64,000 nucleotides of DNA from an uncultured Verrucomicrobiae bacterium (GCA_963764165.1 CAVXRD010000001.1:1536001-1600000), one strand, 5' to 3'; counted from the stretch's first letter, positions 1 through 9,006 are shown. Made by a program: numbers and translations. Notes: generated by a model from the sequence alone, not told the origin.

Positions 1-594
1 GCTGGAAAAACAACATTGCTCAAGACACTTGTAGCAGCCGACCTGGGAACCAGAATGCAATACATCCCGGAGCATTCAGACTTGTTAACTTGCATTGCAG
101 AGGCGCCGGAGCACTCATATTTCGACTCGCAGAAAAAGTTTCTCTTAACGGAGAGAATCCGACTGACAATGGTGACTGGATCATCAGCCACATTGCTTCT
201 GATGGACCGCTCCTTTGTTTCCATTTTCGCTCATACGATTGCGACAAAGCCGCGTTCTAGTGCTGCTAGGCACAGTGTTCTCGAAGAGCTGTTTGAACTC
301 ATCAAATCGAGGCTGTTAAGCATTCCCCACTGTTTTGTGTTCCTTGACGTGGCTTACTCAACTAGCCTTAGTCGCTTTTACACCAATCGATGGGAGAAAG
401 GCACCGACCTCGCTTTGATCGCTAAGCCCTACTTCCACCGCCTGCGCCGGATATACACTCGTTGGATTTCTTTGGTGGAAGGGCACTTGTTATTGTCCCC
501 AGGCAGATTTGATATCTCTCGGCTAACTCTGCGATATTACAATCCGGGAGCGTTGATTCAGGCGTTGCAGACAATCTCCCAGGAGGAGGATTAG
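1..594 (+). CDS. Deoxynucleoside/thymidylate kinase-like P-loop kinase (5' end outside window)
   Basis: Frame from base 1 reads AGKTTLLK (end of Walker A). Also LLMDRSFVSIFAH (DRxxxS motif) and VFLDVAYSTSLSR, typical of dTMP/dNK kinases. Confidence 0.7.
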   Translation, partial: AGKTTLLKTLVAADLGTRMQYIPEHSDLLTCIAEAPEHSYFDSQKKFLLTERIRLTMVTGSSATLLLMDRSFVSIFAHTIATKPRSSAARHSVLEELFELIKSRLLSIPHCFVFLDVAYSTSLSRFYTNRWEKGTDLALIAKPYFHRLRRIYTRWISLVEGHLLLSPGRFDISRLTLRYYNPGALIQALQTISQEED

Positions 595-595
595 T

Positions 596-1540
596 ATGCC
601 CATCGAGATAAGTTGCGGCTATCGGATACACGTCAATAGCATCGATATGAACGGCTTCAATCTGCGCGTGTGTGGTGGAATCGGATTTTGCCTAGATGAA
701 CCTCGCCTCCACGTTGGTGTGGAGAATTATGATTATGATCTGGTTCCCGAGGATTTGCTGGAGGAATTGATGCCTCTTTGTGCGGAATTTCGACTACGTT
801 ATGGACGTGCGGACTTTTATCGCGTTTTTTGCCATGATCGCATTCATCGGCATAAGGGTTTGGGCAGCAGCACGCTTCTTAAGCTTTGCGTTCTAAGGGG
901 CTTGCATGAGTTAGCAGACTTGCCATTCACGAAGAGCGTTGCTACATCATTCCGCCTTGGACTAACATCCGGCATTGGGTTTAACGCGTTCTTCGACGGT
1001 GGGTTTTTAGTGGACGGTGGCTATTTGGCCTATTCCGGTCACAAGACTCTCAATGGAGAGGTTGCTGGACACCGCGCTCCTATTCTCTTCCGGGCGGACT
1101 TTCCAAGTGATTGGCTGGTTCATGTCGCCATTCCAAATAAACACAAATCTTTGGACGCGGATGATGAGGTGGCTTTTTTTAATCGAATCACTCCGATTCC
1201 AAATGAGGAGGTGCATATGATTGCCTATAATGTCCTTATGGGAGTGATGCCAAGTCTGATGGAGGGCGACTTGGACGCATTTCTAAAAAGTTTGATCGCT
1301 GTGGTTAGCTGTGGCACTAAACGACACGAAACAGCCCTGCATGCGACGCTTTGCCAGAGTCTAATGACTCGTATGAACGCGGATTTCGGATTTGTGGCTG
1401 TATCTTCGTTAGGGCCTAGTGTGTATGCCATCTCTAACCAATGTATTGATATCTCCTCATATCAGCGCGACTTCACTGACTTCATTTTTAGTTCTTCTCG
1501 CGTCTCTTGTGCCGGGCACAGAATGGTAAGAATTCCATAG
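596..1540 (+). CDS. beta-ribofuranosylaminobenzene 5'-phosphate (beta-RFAP) synthase-like, GHMP family
   Basis: RIHVNSIDMNG..GGIGFCLDEP, HKGLGSST, TSGIGFNAFFDGGFLVDGG and VSSLGPSVY match RFAP synthase family motifs. Confidence 0.8.
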   Translation: MPIEISCGYRIHVNSIDMNGFNLRVCGGIGFCLDEPRLHVGVENYDYDLVPEDLLEELMPLCAEFRLRYGRADFYRVFCHDRIHRHKGLGSSTLLKLCVLRGLHELADLPFTKSVATSFRLGLTSGIGFNAFFDGGFLVDGGYLAYSGHKTLNGEVAGHRAPILFRADFPSDWLVHVAIPNKHKSLDADDEVAFFNRITPIPNEEVHMIAYNVLMGVMPSLMEGDLDAFLKSLIAVVSCGTKRHETALHATLCQSLMTRMNADFGFVAVSSLGPSVYAISNQCIDISSYQRDFTDFIFSSSRVSCAGHRMVRIP

Positions 1541-1566
1541 TAAGTTACCTTAAGACTTAAAGTCTT

Positions 1567-2022
1567 ATGCAAATCCGCTCGATCGCTATTTGTCTTTTTC
1601 GTAATGGGTCGCGAATTCTTGTAATGGAAGGGCAGGACTCCTCGAACGGAAGATTTTATTATCGCCCGTTGGGCGGCGAGATTGAGCCTGGTGAGAGTAG
1701 TGCACAAGCATTGATGCGCGAAATGCGCGAAGAACTCAATGCCACTGTCGCCGGATTACGCTTAGTGCATGTGATCGAGAACTTGTTCGCGGTTGAGGGT
1801 GTATGTGGGCATCAGATCGTTTTCGTATACGATGGGCATTTCACCGACTCTCGCCTATACGAAAACGAATGCTTAATGTTTCGAGAAGGCGCAGGTCCGG
1901 AACGAACGGCCGTTTGGAAGGAGTTAAGTGAGTTCGATTTTAGGCACCGTCTTGTTCCCGCTGGTTTATTAGACCTCATAGTAAACAGAAGTTCCGATCC
2001 GTTTTTGAGTAGTGGCTTTTGA
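1567..2022 (+). CDS. NUDIX hydrolase
   Basis: Nudix box GGEIEPGESSAQALMREMREEL. Confidence 0.9.
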   Translation: MQIRSIAICLFRNGSRILVMEGQDSSNGRFYYRPLGGEIEPGESSAQALMREMREELNATVAGLRLVHVIENLFAVEGVCGHQIVFVYDGHFTDSRLYENECLMFREGAGPERTAVWKELSEFDFRHRLVPAGLLDLIVNRSSDPFLSSGF

Positions 2023-2109
2023 TGCAAAGTTTGGTTTGCGTCGCATATGTCGGTCAACGCCACGCGAACCATTGGCGAAAAAGCACCTTTGAGCCGAAGA
2101 ATCGCTTTC

Positions 2110-2559
2110 TCACCAAAGAAATTGGTCCCTATGGAGACGTTGCATAAGCCCCTTGAAGTCGAATCCCAAATCAAGCTCAAGCACCTCGTGGTAGTAGAAC
2201 CAACCGTAATCGGCGATTTCAGAATGTTGGACTTCGATGGCACCCTTACATATTCCTAGAAACTTGAAATAATTGCTCTCCGGCGTGAGTTGAGTTTCGT
2301 AGAGTGATTGGGGCTTAAAGGTAAGATTCACCTCCTCTAAGAACTCACGAGTGACCGTTTCCAAAGGAGTCTCGTTGAGAAGGCCCTTTCCGCCAGGACA
2401 AACCCAACAACCCTTGAATGGACTTTGGGCCCGTTTCACCAAAAGAATTCTCCCTTTAACGATGACTATTCCTGCACAAGAATGTCGTCTGACATCGTTT
2501 TCCTTCCCCAAGTTCTCGCAGTCAACGGGGACTGAACTGAAGGTTTTCTCAGAAGGCAT
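2110..2559 (-). CDS. NUDIX hydrolase (MutT-like); start uncertain (2559 or 2622)
   Basis: Nudix box PGGKGLLNETPLETVTREFLEEV. Confidence 0.85.
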   Translation of the reverse strand: MPSEKTFSSVPVDCENLGKENDVRRHSCAGIVIVKGRILLVKRAQSPFKGCWVCPGGKGLLNETPLETVTREFLEEVNLTFKPQSLYETQLTPESNYFKFLGICKGAIEVQHSEIADYGWFYYHEVLELDLGFDFKGLMQRLHRDQFLW

Positions 2560-3014
2560 AGTGGAAAATCTTAACCCATGGAAGGGGCAACCTCCCACTG
2601 CCACTGATTTTGACATTGGCATTCATATGGGGACATTGTTTCACGGAGAGTCCATTATTGCAAGCCAATCCGAGTGTCGCGTAGTTTTCAAACCAGGACG
2701 TGGCGCAATTTTTGCGATTGGTATAAACGATCACGGGTTTCGCTTTTTTGTCGGGTGGCGCAGCGCGAACGGAATGATGTCCGGTAGGATGGAGGCACAG
2801 GACGACTTTGGCGCCCGGGGAGGCGGAGAGCGCCTGAGGGTAATTCCACGGCGGCCAGTCAGCGCGGGCCTTGGCCGCCTCGCTGGGCTTGGTTTTCCTC
2901 GGCGACCAGCAACAGTTGGTCGCCGATTTTTAATACGCAGGAAACTATTCGGTGAACTGGCAGAAGCATCTAGTTCCATTCGGAATTGTATCAAGGCCGG
3001 TGAGGGATCTCTGG

Positions 3015-3524
3015 TTATTCCCTGCCCCGCAAAAAATGCTCCGCAAGCGCCACAGCATCAAAAATGTCCATTCGGCAATCATCGCTCGTCCAAAGTTTGG
3101 GCTTTGGAGGCAAACGAGGGATCAATTCTTCCGGGAAGCGAGCGGCCAGATATTCGGCCAGGGCATGTTTTGTCCCTTGCTCATCCGCCAGAAAATCAAG
3201 GTTCATCTGCTTCCGGGAGCACTGTTTCACCTTGATCTTCCCATCCTTTGCCATAAGGACAATCTCATCAAGCAGTGCCCGTATCCGTTCCGAGCGCCGC
3301 GACCCTTTGGCCCAGGCATCTTCGATTGCGATGGCGTTTGGGTGATAAAGGGCAATCAGGTTTCCAATATTCGAGAGGCAGCGGGCATTCTTGTCCCCAC
3401 CCTTTACCGTTTTGACGCCCCAAGCAACGAGGGTGTTCTCCCCCTCCATCACGGCAAAACCGCAGCCGAAGGCAGATGGCGCAAGTCCCAAAACGCGGAT
3501 ATTTTTTGAAAGGTGATTTTTCAT
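3015..3524 (-). CDS. RuvC-like (RNase H fold) protein with Ala at the first catalytic Asp position
   Basis: RVLGLAPS..GFAV, IAIED, DIFDAVALA pattern of RuvC resolvases; Ala codon GCG confirmed in the DNA. Confidence 0.65.
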   Translation of the reverse strand: MKNHLSKNIRVLGLAPSAFGCGFAVMEGENTLVAWGVKTVKGGDKNARCLSNIGNLIALYHPNAIAIEDAWAKGSRRSERIRALLDEIVLMAKDGKIKVKQCSRKQMNLDFLADEQGTKHALAEYLAARFPEELIPRLPPKPKLWTSDDCRMDIFDAVALAEHFLRGRE

Positions 3525-3904
3525 GGGTTTTGTAATTGATTAAGAGGGCCAGTGGGCAAGATCGAAGCGAGGAATTGGCGCTTTCGGGCCGTTTGGGCTT
3601 TTGTATTGCTGCGTAAAGCCTTTTGTTCCAACAACTTGACTCGCGCCTCTAACTCAATTTGAATCTCTTTCACGAGTCCCGGAAAAAGTTCAGAAATAGG
3701 CCGCTTGTAAATCGCTTCATAGACAAGGGCAGATCGAAGGCTGGGGTCCAGAGTGAACCGTTCATGTTGGCAGACTTTGCCGCCGCCTTGAATTCCCAAG
3801 AGGAAAGCCACTTCCGTTTGGGAAAGTGCGGAGCGTTTGCGATGCGATAAAAGATGATTGGAGAGATATTCCGAGGCCATAAAGTGTGTTTTGGTGAACC
3901 GCAC
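3521..3904 (-). CDS. XRE-family HTH regulator
   Basis: HRKRSALSQTEVAFLLG..HERFTLDPSL; 4-nt overlap with the RuvC-like gene. Confidence 0.8.
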   Translation of the reverse strand: MRFTKTHFMASEYLSNHLLSHRKRSALSQTEVAFLLGIQGGGKVCQHERFTLDPSLRSALVYEAIYKRPISELFPGLVKEIQIELEARVKLLEQKALRSNTKAQTARKRQFLASILPTGPLNQLQNP

Positions 3905-3949
3905 GGGCGAGTCCAGAATGCAACACTAATGGAAAAGAAAGGCACTCAG

Positions 3950-3980
3950 AAGACTGTGGTCTTTGCCGAAAACGGCAAAT
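3950..3980 (+). repeat. Motif copy 1: AAGACT-N6-TTTGCCG-AAAA-CGGCAAA
   Basis: AAGACT at 3950-3955 and a perfect 7-bp palindrome at 3962-3979; recurs at 6192, 7132 and 8191. Confidence 0.85.
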
Positions 3981-4132
3981 TCTACAAAAAACACCGGGCT
4001 TTTTAAGGCTCGGTTAGTGTCAACTATATTATGACATATATATGAATAAATAGCAAATAACCATTCGATATCACCGAAAACGGACAATCCTGCCGTCTAT
4101 CCCCATTCAATGTGCCCGCATACAGTTGAGGA

Positions 4133-4303
4133 ATGAAAATTGAACCAGCCGCACTCCATGAATTAAAACGGATTTGTGCCGAATCCTTCCAACGAACCCT
4201 TTCCGATACAGAGGCACAGGAGATCGGGCAGCGGATCATCCGTTTCCTTATGAATTCCGAAGCGCCCTTTCCTGCCGCTGTCCGCGATGTTGACGCGGAA
4301 TAA
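4133..4303 (+). CDS. Small 56-aa protein preceding the LSR (missing from ORF track)
   Basis: MKIEPAALHELKRICAESFQRTLSDTEAQEIG...; resembles small helical proteins I recall upstream of this type of serine recombinase. Confidence 0.6.
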   Translation: MKIEPAALHELKRICAESFQRTLSDTEAQEIGQRIIRFLMNSEAPFPAAVRDVDAE

Positions 4304-4334
4304 TGGTACGTTACGCTTGAACCATCCAATCCCA

Positions 4335-6200
4335 ATGACCCAATATGTAATCTACAGCCGAAAATCGCAGGAGGACGAAGGCAAACAAATTCAATCCATT
4401 CCGGCCCAGGAGGACGAAATGAAACTGGTCGCATCAAGATTGGATTTGACCGTTATCACGCCCCTGTTGAGCGAAGCCAAATCCGCCAAAGCACCTGGCC
4501 GGCCTGTTTTCAATGACATGATGGAGCGGGTTGATCGGGGCGAAATCCGAGGAATACTTTGCTGGAAGCTTGACCGGCTTGCCCGAAACCCGGTTGACGG
4601 CGGACGGATCATTTGGGCGATCAAACAGCATGGCCTGGTCATTCAGACCCCTCACCAAACATTCTCCCAAGCGGAGGATAACATGATTCTCATGTATATC
4701 GAATTCGGCATGGCCCACAAATATGTCGAAGACTTGAGCAGGAACACAACCAGAGGCTTGGAGAAAAAGGCCAAGCTGGGTTGGTATCCCGGCATCGCGC
4801 CACTCGGGTATTTGAACTCAAAAGTGGAGGAACGGGGCAATAAGACCATATTCCGCGACCCCGCCCGCTTTGATGCCGTTCGCCGAATGTGGGACCTCAT
4901 GCTCACCGGGAACGCCAGTCCCACGAGGATTCAGAAGATTGCGAATGATGAATGGGGCTTTCGCACCCGGCAGACAAAGAAAACAGGTGGAAAGCCGATC
5001 TCCCGGAGCACCATCTACAGAATCTTTGCCGACCCGTTCTACTATGGCCGGTTCGAGTATCCAAGAGGCAGCGGCCTCTACTATCCCGGCCTGCATGAGC
5101 CGATGGTCACGAAGGCGGAATTTGAATGTGTGCAGAAGATTCTTCACCGGGAGATCAATCCAAGACCCCGAACAGAATTCGCTTTGCCGTTCCGGGGGGC
5201 CATCAAATGCGGGGAGTGCGGATCGTGCATAACCGCGCACTTCAAAGAGCAGGTCCGATGCACCAAGTGTCACTTCAAATCGTCGGTGAAGAACCGTGCC
5301 GCGTGTTCCAAGTGCGGTTTGGCTTTGAGTGACATGAAAGCGCCCACCATGCGCCGTTACGGTTACTACCATTGCACCCGGACTTTGAATCCGCTCTGTC
5401 GCCAAAAATGTGTGTCGGCGAGCGCGCTTGAGAAGCAGTTGACAGAGAAATTAAAGCCATTCGGGCTTCCAGCAGAGTTGCGGGACTGGGGTTTCCAATA
5501 TATCGAAAAACTGCAAGACCGGGACCTCGACGGGAAGCGGCAAATCCTTGTGGAAAGGAAAAAGGCGTTCGATCAGTGTGTCATTCGGTTGGAAAATCTG
5601 GTGAAGCTCAAAACGGCAGCGGCAAACGCTGACAACAGCCTTCTTTCCGACGAGGAATACCAGAAGCAGCGTGCCGATTTGCTTGCCCAAAAGAGCACAC
5701 TGGCGACTGATACCGCCGCCTTTGAGACGGAGTTGGAGGGCAAAGTTCGACGCACCAAGGAAGCGCTAAAAGTTCTTGGAAAAATACACGACATGGCTCC
5801 CGATGCCGACGCGCTGAGAAAAAGAGAAGTTCTGACCGCATTAGGATTGAACCACGCTTTGAAGGAAAAGGAGCTAGAGATCAGGCCGGAATTTCCCTTT
5901 TCTGACCTGCCGCGTGGAGACAATCTGGAGCAGCGTGATTTGACTCCGATTGAACCAGATAATATGCAGGGCGGACAAGGCCCAAATGGTGTTTTCCGTT
6001 CTGCTTTTCCCGTTCTTGAGCGGGAACGGGACGATGATCGAACCAAATTGTTGAAGATAGCACTCGACACAATCTGGAAGAAAATCGACCCGTCAAAGCA
6101 CTTTACCAAAAAAATCCCGATTACGGAAGGAGGATCGAGCGCACCTGGCGTCCCCGATAGAGGGCATGATACCAAAGGCACCAATAAGTCCAAGACTTGA
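4335..6200 (+). CDS. Large serine recombinase 1 (resolvase + recombinase + Zn-ribbon/coiled-coil)
   Basis: YSRKSQE catalytic Ser, WKLDRLARN, CGECG, an extra CxxC/CxxC insert, coiled-coil. ATG 4335 preferred over 4287. Confidence 0.93.
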   Translation: MTQYVIYSRKSQEDEGKQIQSIPAQEDEMKLVASRLDLTVITPLLSEAKSAKAPGRPVFNDMMERVDRGEIRGILCWKLDRLARNPVDGGRIIWAIKQHGLVIQTPHQTFSQAEDNMILMYIEFGMAHKYVEDLSRNTTRGLEKKAKLGWYPGIAPLGYLNSKVEERGNKTIFRDPARFDAVRRMWDLMLTGNASPTRIQKIANDEWGFRTRQTKKTGGKPISRSTIYRIFADPFYYGRFEYPRGSGLYYPGLHEPMVTKAEFECVQKILHREINPRPRTEFALPFRGAIKCGECGSCITAHFKEQVRCTKCHFKSSVKNRAACSKCGLALSDMKAPTMRRYGYYHCTRTLNPLCRQKCVSASALEKQLTEKLKPFGLPAELRDWGFQYIEKLQDRDLDGKRQILVERKKAFDQCVIRLENLVKLKTAAANADNSLLSDEEYQKQRADLLAQKSTLATDTAAFETELEGKVRRTKEALKVLGKIHDMAPDADALRKREVLTALGLNHALKEKELEIRPEFPFSDLPRGDNLEQRDLTPIEPDNMQGGQGPNGVFRSAFPVLERERDDDRTKLLKIALDTIWKKIDPSKHFTKKIPITEGGSSAPGVPDRGHDTKGTNKSKT

Positions 6201-6222
6201 CAGTTTGCCGAAAACGCCAAAT
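6192..6222 (+). repeat. Motif copy 2 (AAGACT-N6-TTTGCCGAAAACGCCAAA), overlapping LSR1 stop
   Basis: Read directly; one mismatch in the palindrome. Confidence 0.85.
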
Positions 6223-6528
6223 GGCCATACGTCTTGTCGAGTCTTCTACGAGACTATGCCGTGCAATGTGGCGGATAGGTGACAATACAATCATACGCCA
6301 CAAAATTCAATACCGGCAGGGACTTCTCCGATAGCCAAATCAGCAAATAGCCGCCCAAATAGCATTTGCAAACTGCACAGAATGCGTTACATATCGTTGT
6401 TACAAGGACAGATCACACTAATAGCTACCGTTTTCGAACTTATTATCATATTCGATATAGGAAACTGATTCGTCAGTCACGAAATGACTGAAGAACGGGC
6501 CTTAGATTGTCTGTCGGAAAGCACTATA

Positions 6529-6716
6529 TGTCAGACCACAAGAAAATTGAAATAATCAAGCATGAGCAAGAGGGCGGTATACTGTCTCCAGAGAGACACC
6601 GGGCAACAAGCCAATCCGGCGACCAAGTTCGAGCAAGCGAATTCCAAAAGACCCGTGGCGCAGCCGAACAAGAAGCGATTGAACGGCAAAGTGGGAGTCA
6701 AACTCAAAAAAAATAA
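6529..6716 (+). CDS. Small hydrophilic hypothetical protein
   Basis: 62-aa ORF followed by GC-rich hairpins; no recognisable motif. Confidence 0.4.
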
Positions 6717-6988
6717 CCCACCCCCATACAGATCACACTGAGGGAGGGTGGGAGACAAATGAACTCCGAAGGGGTTCACTTACCTATGTTTTAAGACGGT
6801 GCGAGACTCAAATCATTACACGGAGCGATTTACCCTGATCGCTCCCCTTTTTTTCCTTACCGTGGGGGACTCAGAGGACGTTAGAACCTACGGCTACAAA
6901 GCGAAACGGGCGGCCGCGCTCATATACGCTCATTTCAAAAAGGAATTCGGATTTCCAGAAGATCACTGAAATTGTCGGATTGGTATGG

Positions 6989-7162
6989 GACCAACAACAG
7001 GACACAGCTCGAATGTGGGATAACATTTTGGATCGGTTGGCAACATTGAATAGGCAAGGGTTGTTGCCCGATCTCTCGACACTGGCGGCATTTCGGCATA
7101 GAGAGGATACAACAGAGTTGAATGAATGACGAAGACTCCGGATATTGCCGCAAACGGCAAAT
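6989..7162 (+). repeat. Direct repeat A (start-less coding tail DQQQDT..WD.IL..L...GLLPDL) ending in motif copy 3 (7132-7161)
   Basis: GACCAACAACAGGACACA is identical at 6989 and 8053; downstream similarity is mostly at the amino-acid level. Confidence 0.85.
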
Positions 7163-7207
7163 CCCGCAGCCTATTATCATTCCCCTATTCTTACTACCCT
7201 TATTATC

Positions 7208-7462
7208 ATGCAAAACACACAATTCATTTCAAACCGTCTTCGGGCTTGTCGCAAGGAGACTAACCTCCTGCAAGTAGATGTCGCCAAGTCCCTGGGACTC
7301 GATTGCGCTGATCGCATCTCGCGCTGGGAGAACGGCACTGCCATGCCGAATGTCATCAATCTGTTCAAACTAGCAGCCATCTACAACGTGATGCCCCACG
7401 ACTTATATCCTGAACTTCTTCAGGTCACGAAGGAACAATCGAAATCAACCGAAAATAATTAG
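7208..7462 (+). CDS. XRE-family HTH regulator
   Basis: NRLRACRKETNLLQVDVAKSLG..ISRWENGTAMP; paralog-like to 3521-3904. Confidence 0.88.
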   Translation: MQNTQFISNRLRACRKETNLLQVDVAKSLGLDCADRISRWENGTAMPNVINLFKLAAIYNVMPHDLYPELLQVTKEQSKSTENN

Positions 7463-7556
7463 GCGGCATCGATACTTATAGCTTTGCATTACATTGACAG
7501 ACAACGCCCTTGTGGAGCACAATGATGCGAACGACTGGCAAAAATCATTACGAACT

Positions 7557-8030
7557 ATGGAAGAAACTCAACCTGTAATTATTCCGACTGAGGCCGCCCT
7601 GCGGGCAATGGTCGAGGCGGCTGCGCGTTTGACGATGCGAGACGAAATCGCCATATTAAAAAACGGCAAAGTCGAAAGAACCTTTTCTTCCTATTTTGCG
7701 AATAAAATCGCAGAGACAATTTGCATGGCAAATGTGCGCGCCGATCCATTTTACAACAAACATTTGGGCGCCACAAAGATACTCGACGGAAAGGTCATTG
7801 AGTTGGATATAGCCGTTCACGAGAGAAACAGCGACAAGAACAATTTGGTTGCAATAGAACTTGAAACAACGAATCACCCAAAGAGAGATGATATTTGGAA
7901 ATTGGAGAAGTTGACGCAGCAACTCTATGGCTTCGGGTATAAGCTCGGTTTTTATATTGTGTTCGGCGTAAAAAAAGAAGCTGGGAAAATCAGCATTGCA
8001 GAATGGTTCAAAAATGGCACGATCTTGTGA
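7557..8030 (+). CDS. Putative PD-(D/E)XK-like nuclease
   Basis: ERTFSSYFA, DPFYNK, LDIAVHER..NLVAIELE pattern; E-x-E instead of E-x-K. Start may be 7494. Confidence 0.5.
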   Translation: MEETQPVIIPTEAALRAMVEAAARLTMRDEIAILKNGKVERTFSSYFANKIAETICMANVRADPFYNKHLGATKILDGKVIELDIAVHERNSDKNNLVAIELETTNHPKRDDIWKLEKLTQQLYGFGYKLGFYIVFGVKKEAGKISIAEWFKNGTIL

Positions 8031-8052
8031 TTTGTTACTTCTAACAAGTTGT

Positions 8053-8212
8053 GACCAACAACAGGACACACCTCGAACCTGGGACCGAATACTCAGTAAA
8101 TTAACGGAACTTGCCGAAAAGGGCCTCTTGCCAGATTTGACTACCCTGTTCATAGGTGGGGGACATCATACCAAGAGTGCCAATGAGACCAAGACTGTGG
8201 CCTTTGCCGAAA
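8053..8212 (+). repeat. Direct repeat B ending in truncated motif copy 4 (AAGACTGTGGCCTTTGCCGAAA, 8191-8212)
   Basis: Matches repeat A; 8191-8212 matches 3950-3971 at 21 of 22 positions. Confidence 0.85.
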
Positions 8213-8232
8213 GCAACCAAACGGAGCAATAG

Positions 8233-9006
8233 TCACCTCACGCTATCGACTGGAGGATCGAGTTTCTTTTCACCGGCATCATGCGGTTTTCGGGCACGAG
8301 GGGCGTTTTCCGTGCTTTCAAAAAGCCGTTCAGCATATGCAAAGGCGGGAATTTTCACCCATGCGGGCTTAATCGTGAAAATCCACCAATAAAGAAGCAG
8401 TGCGTTCGCTGCCGTGCAGACCCATGGAGCGATTTTTGGGTCGCCAGAATGAACAAACCAGATGCCCGCACCACCACTCACGACGATACCAAGGAGCGTA
8501 ACCATAACTCCCGTCGAGCGCAAAGCAAACAGATTTCGGCAAAACCCGTATTGGACGTTTTCCTTATGTAACAAAGGATACTTTTTAGTGTCGCGGGTTT
8601 TGCCGATTTGGAGCTTCACTGCCGCGTTATAAATATCATCCGCGCCGGAGGGATTAGAAACTTCTTCCTCTGCCGTAGGAAATGCCTTTCCCAGCAGCTT
8701 GTGAAGACTTTTGTGCCAACGTTCCCGCATAACCGGATTTGCTGGCCCTGAATGGCGGAGGAATTGTGTAGTTGGCGCACCGCCCCAAGATTGCCAAAGA
8801 CCGGGTTCAATTCTTTTTCCGAAATTGCGAGCAAGTATTGCGAGGAAAAATGTGCCGCCAGCCGTTGAAAAAAGCGTCCAGAGAGCCGACTGCCATTTGA
8901 CGCCGGGACCCGTCCATGCGAACACACCAATTGCAGCAGGTAGCAAGGTCAAAAGCGCCGGTTGAACCCGCGCCCGCAAGCTGTAATAGTCAAACAAATT
9001 AGTCAT
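8233..9006 (-). CDS. Multi-pass (about 4 TM) membrane protein, coupled to MBL hydrolase
   Basis: Two hydrophobic pairs flanking a soluble domain (ENVQYGFCRNL); 8-nt overlap with the MBL gene. Confidence 0.75.
   Translation of the reverse strand: MTNLFDYYSLRARVQPALLTLLPAAIGVFAWTGPGVKWQSALWTLFSTAGGTFFLAILARNFGKRIEPGLWQSWGGAPTTQFLRHSGPANPVMRERWHKSLHKLLGKAFPTAEEEVSNPSGADDIYNAAVKLQIGKTRDTKKYPLLHKENVQYGFCRNLFALRSTGVMVTLLGIVVSGGAGIWFVHSGDPKIAPWVCTAANALLLYWWIFTIKPAWVKIPAFAYAERLFESTENAPRARKPHDAGEKKLDPPVDSVR

Noticed and set aside
2351..3509. ORFs 2351-3235 and 2952-3509 (+)
   Set aside because: Antisense shadows of the Nudix and RuvC-like genes; no motifs.
3015..3524. TnpB/IscB-like RNA-guided nuclease
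   Set aside because: Only 169 aa, no Zn finger, HNH or bridge helix, and the first catalytic Asp is absent.
3950..8232. Classical integron attC array
   Set aside because: No tyrosine integrase, and the repeats lack RYYYAAC/GTTRRRY ends.
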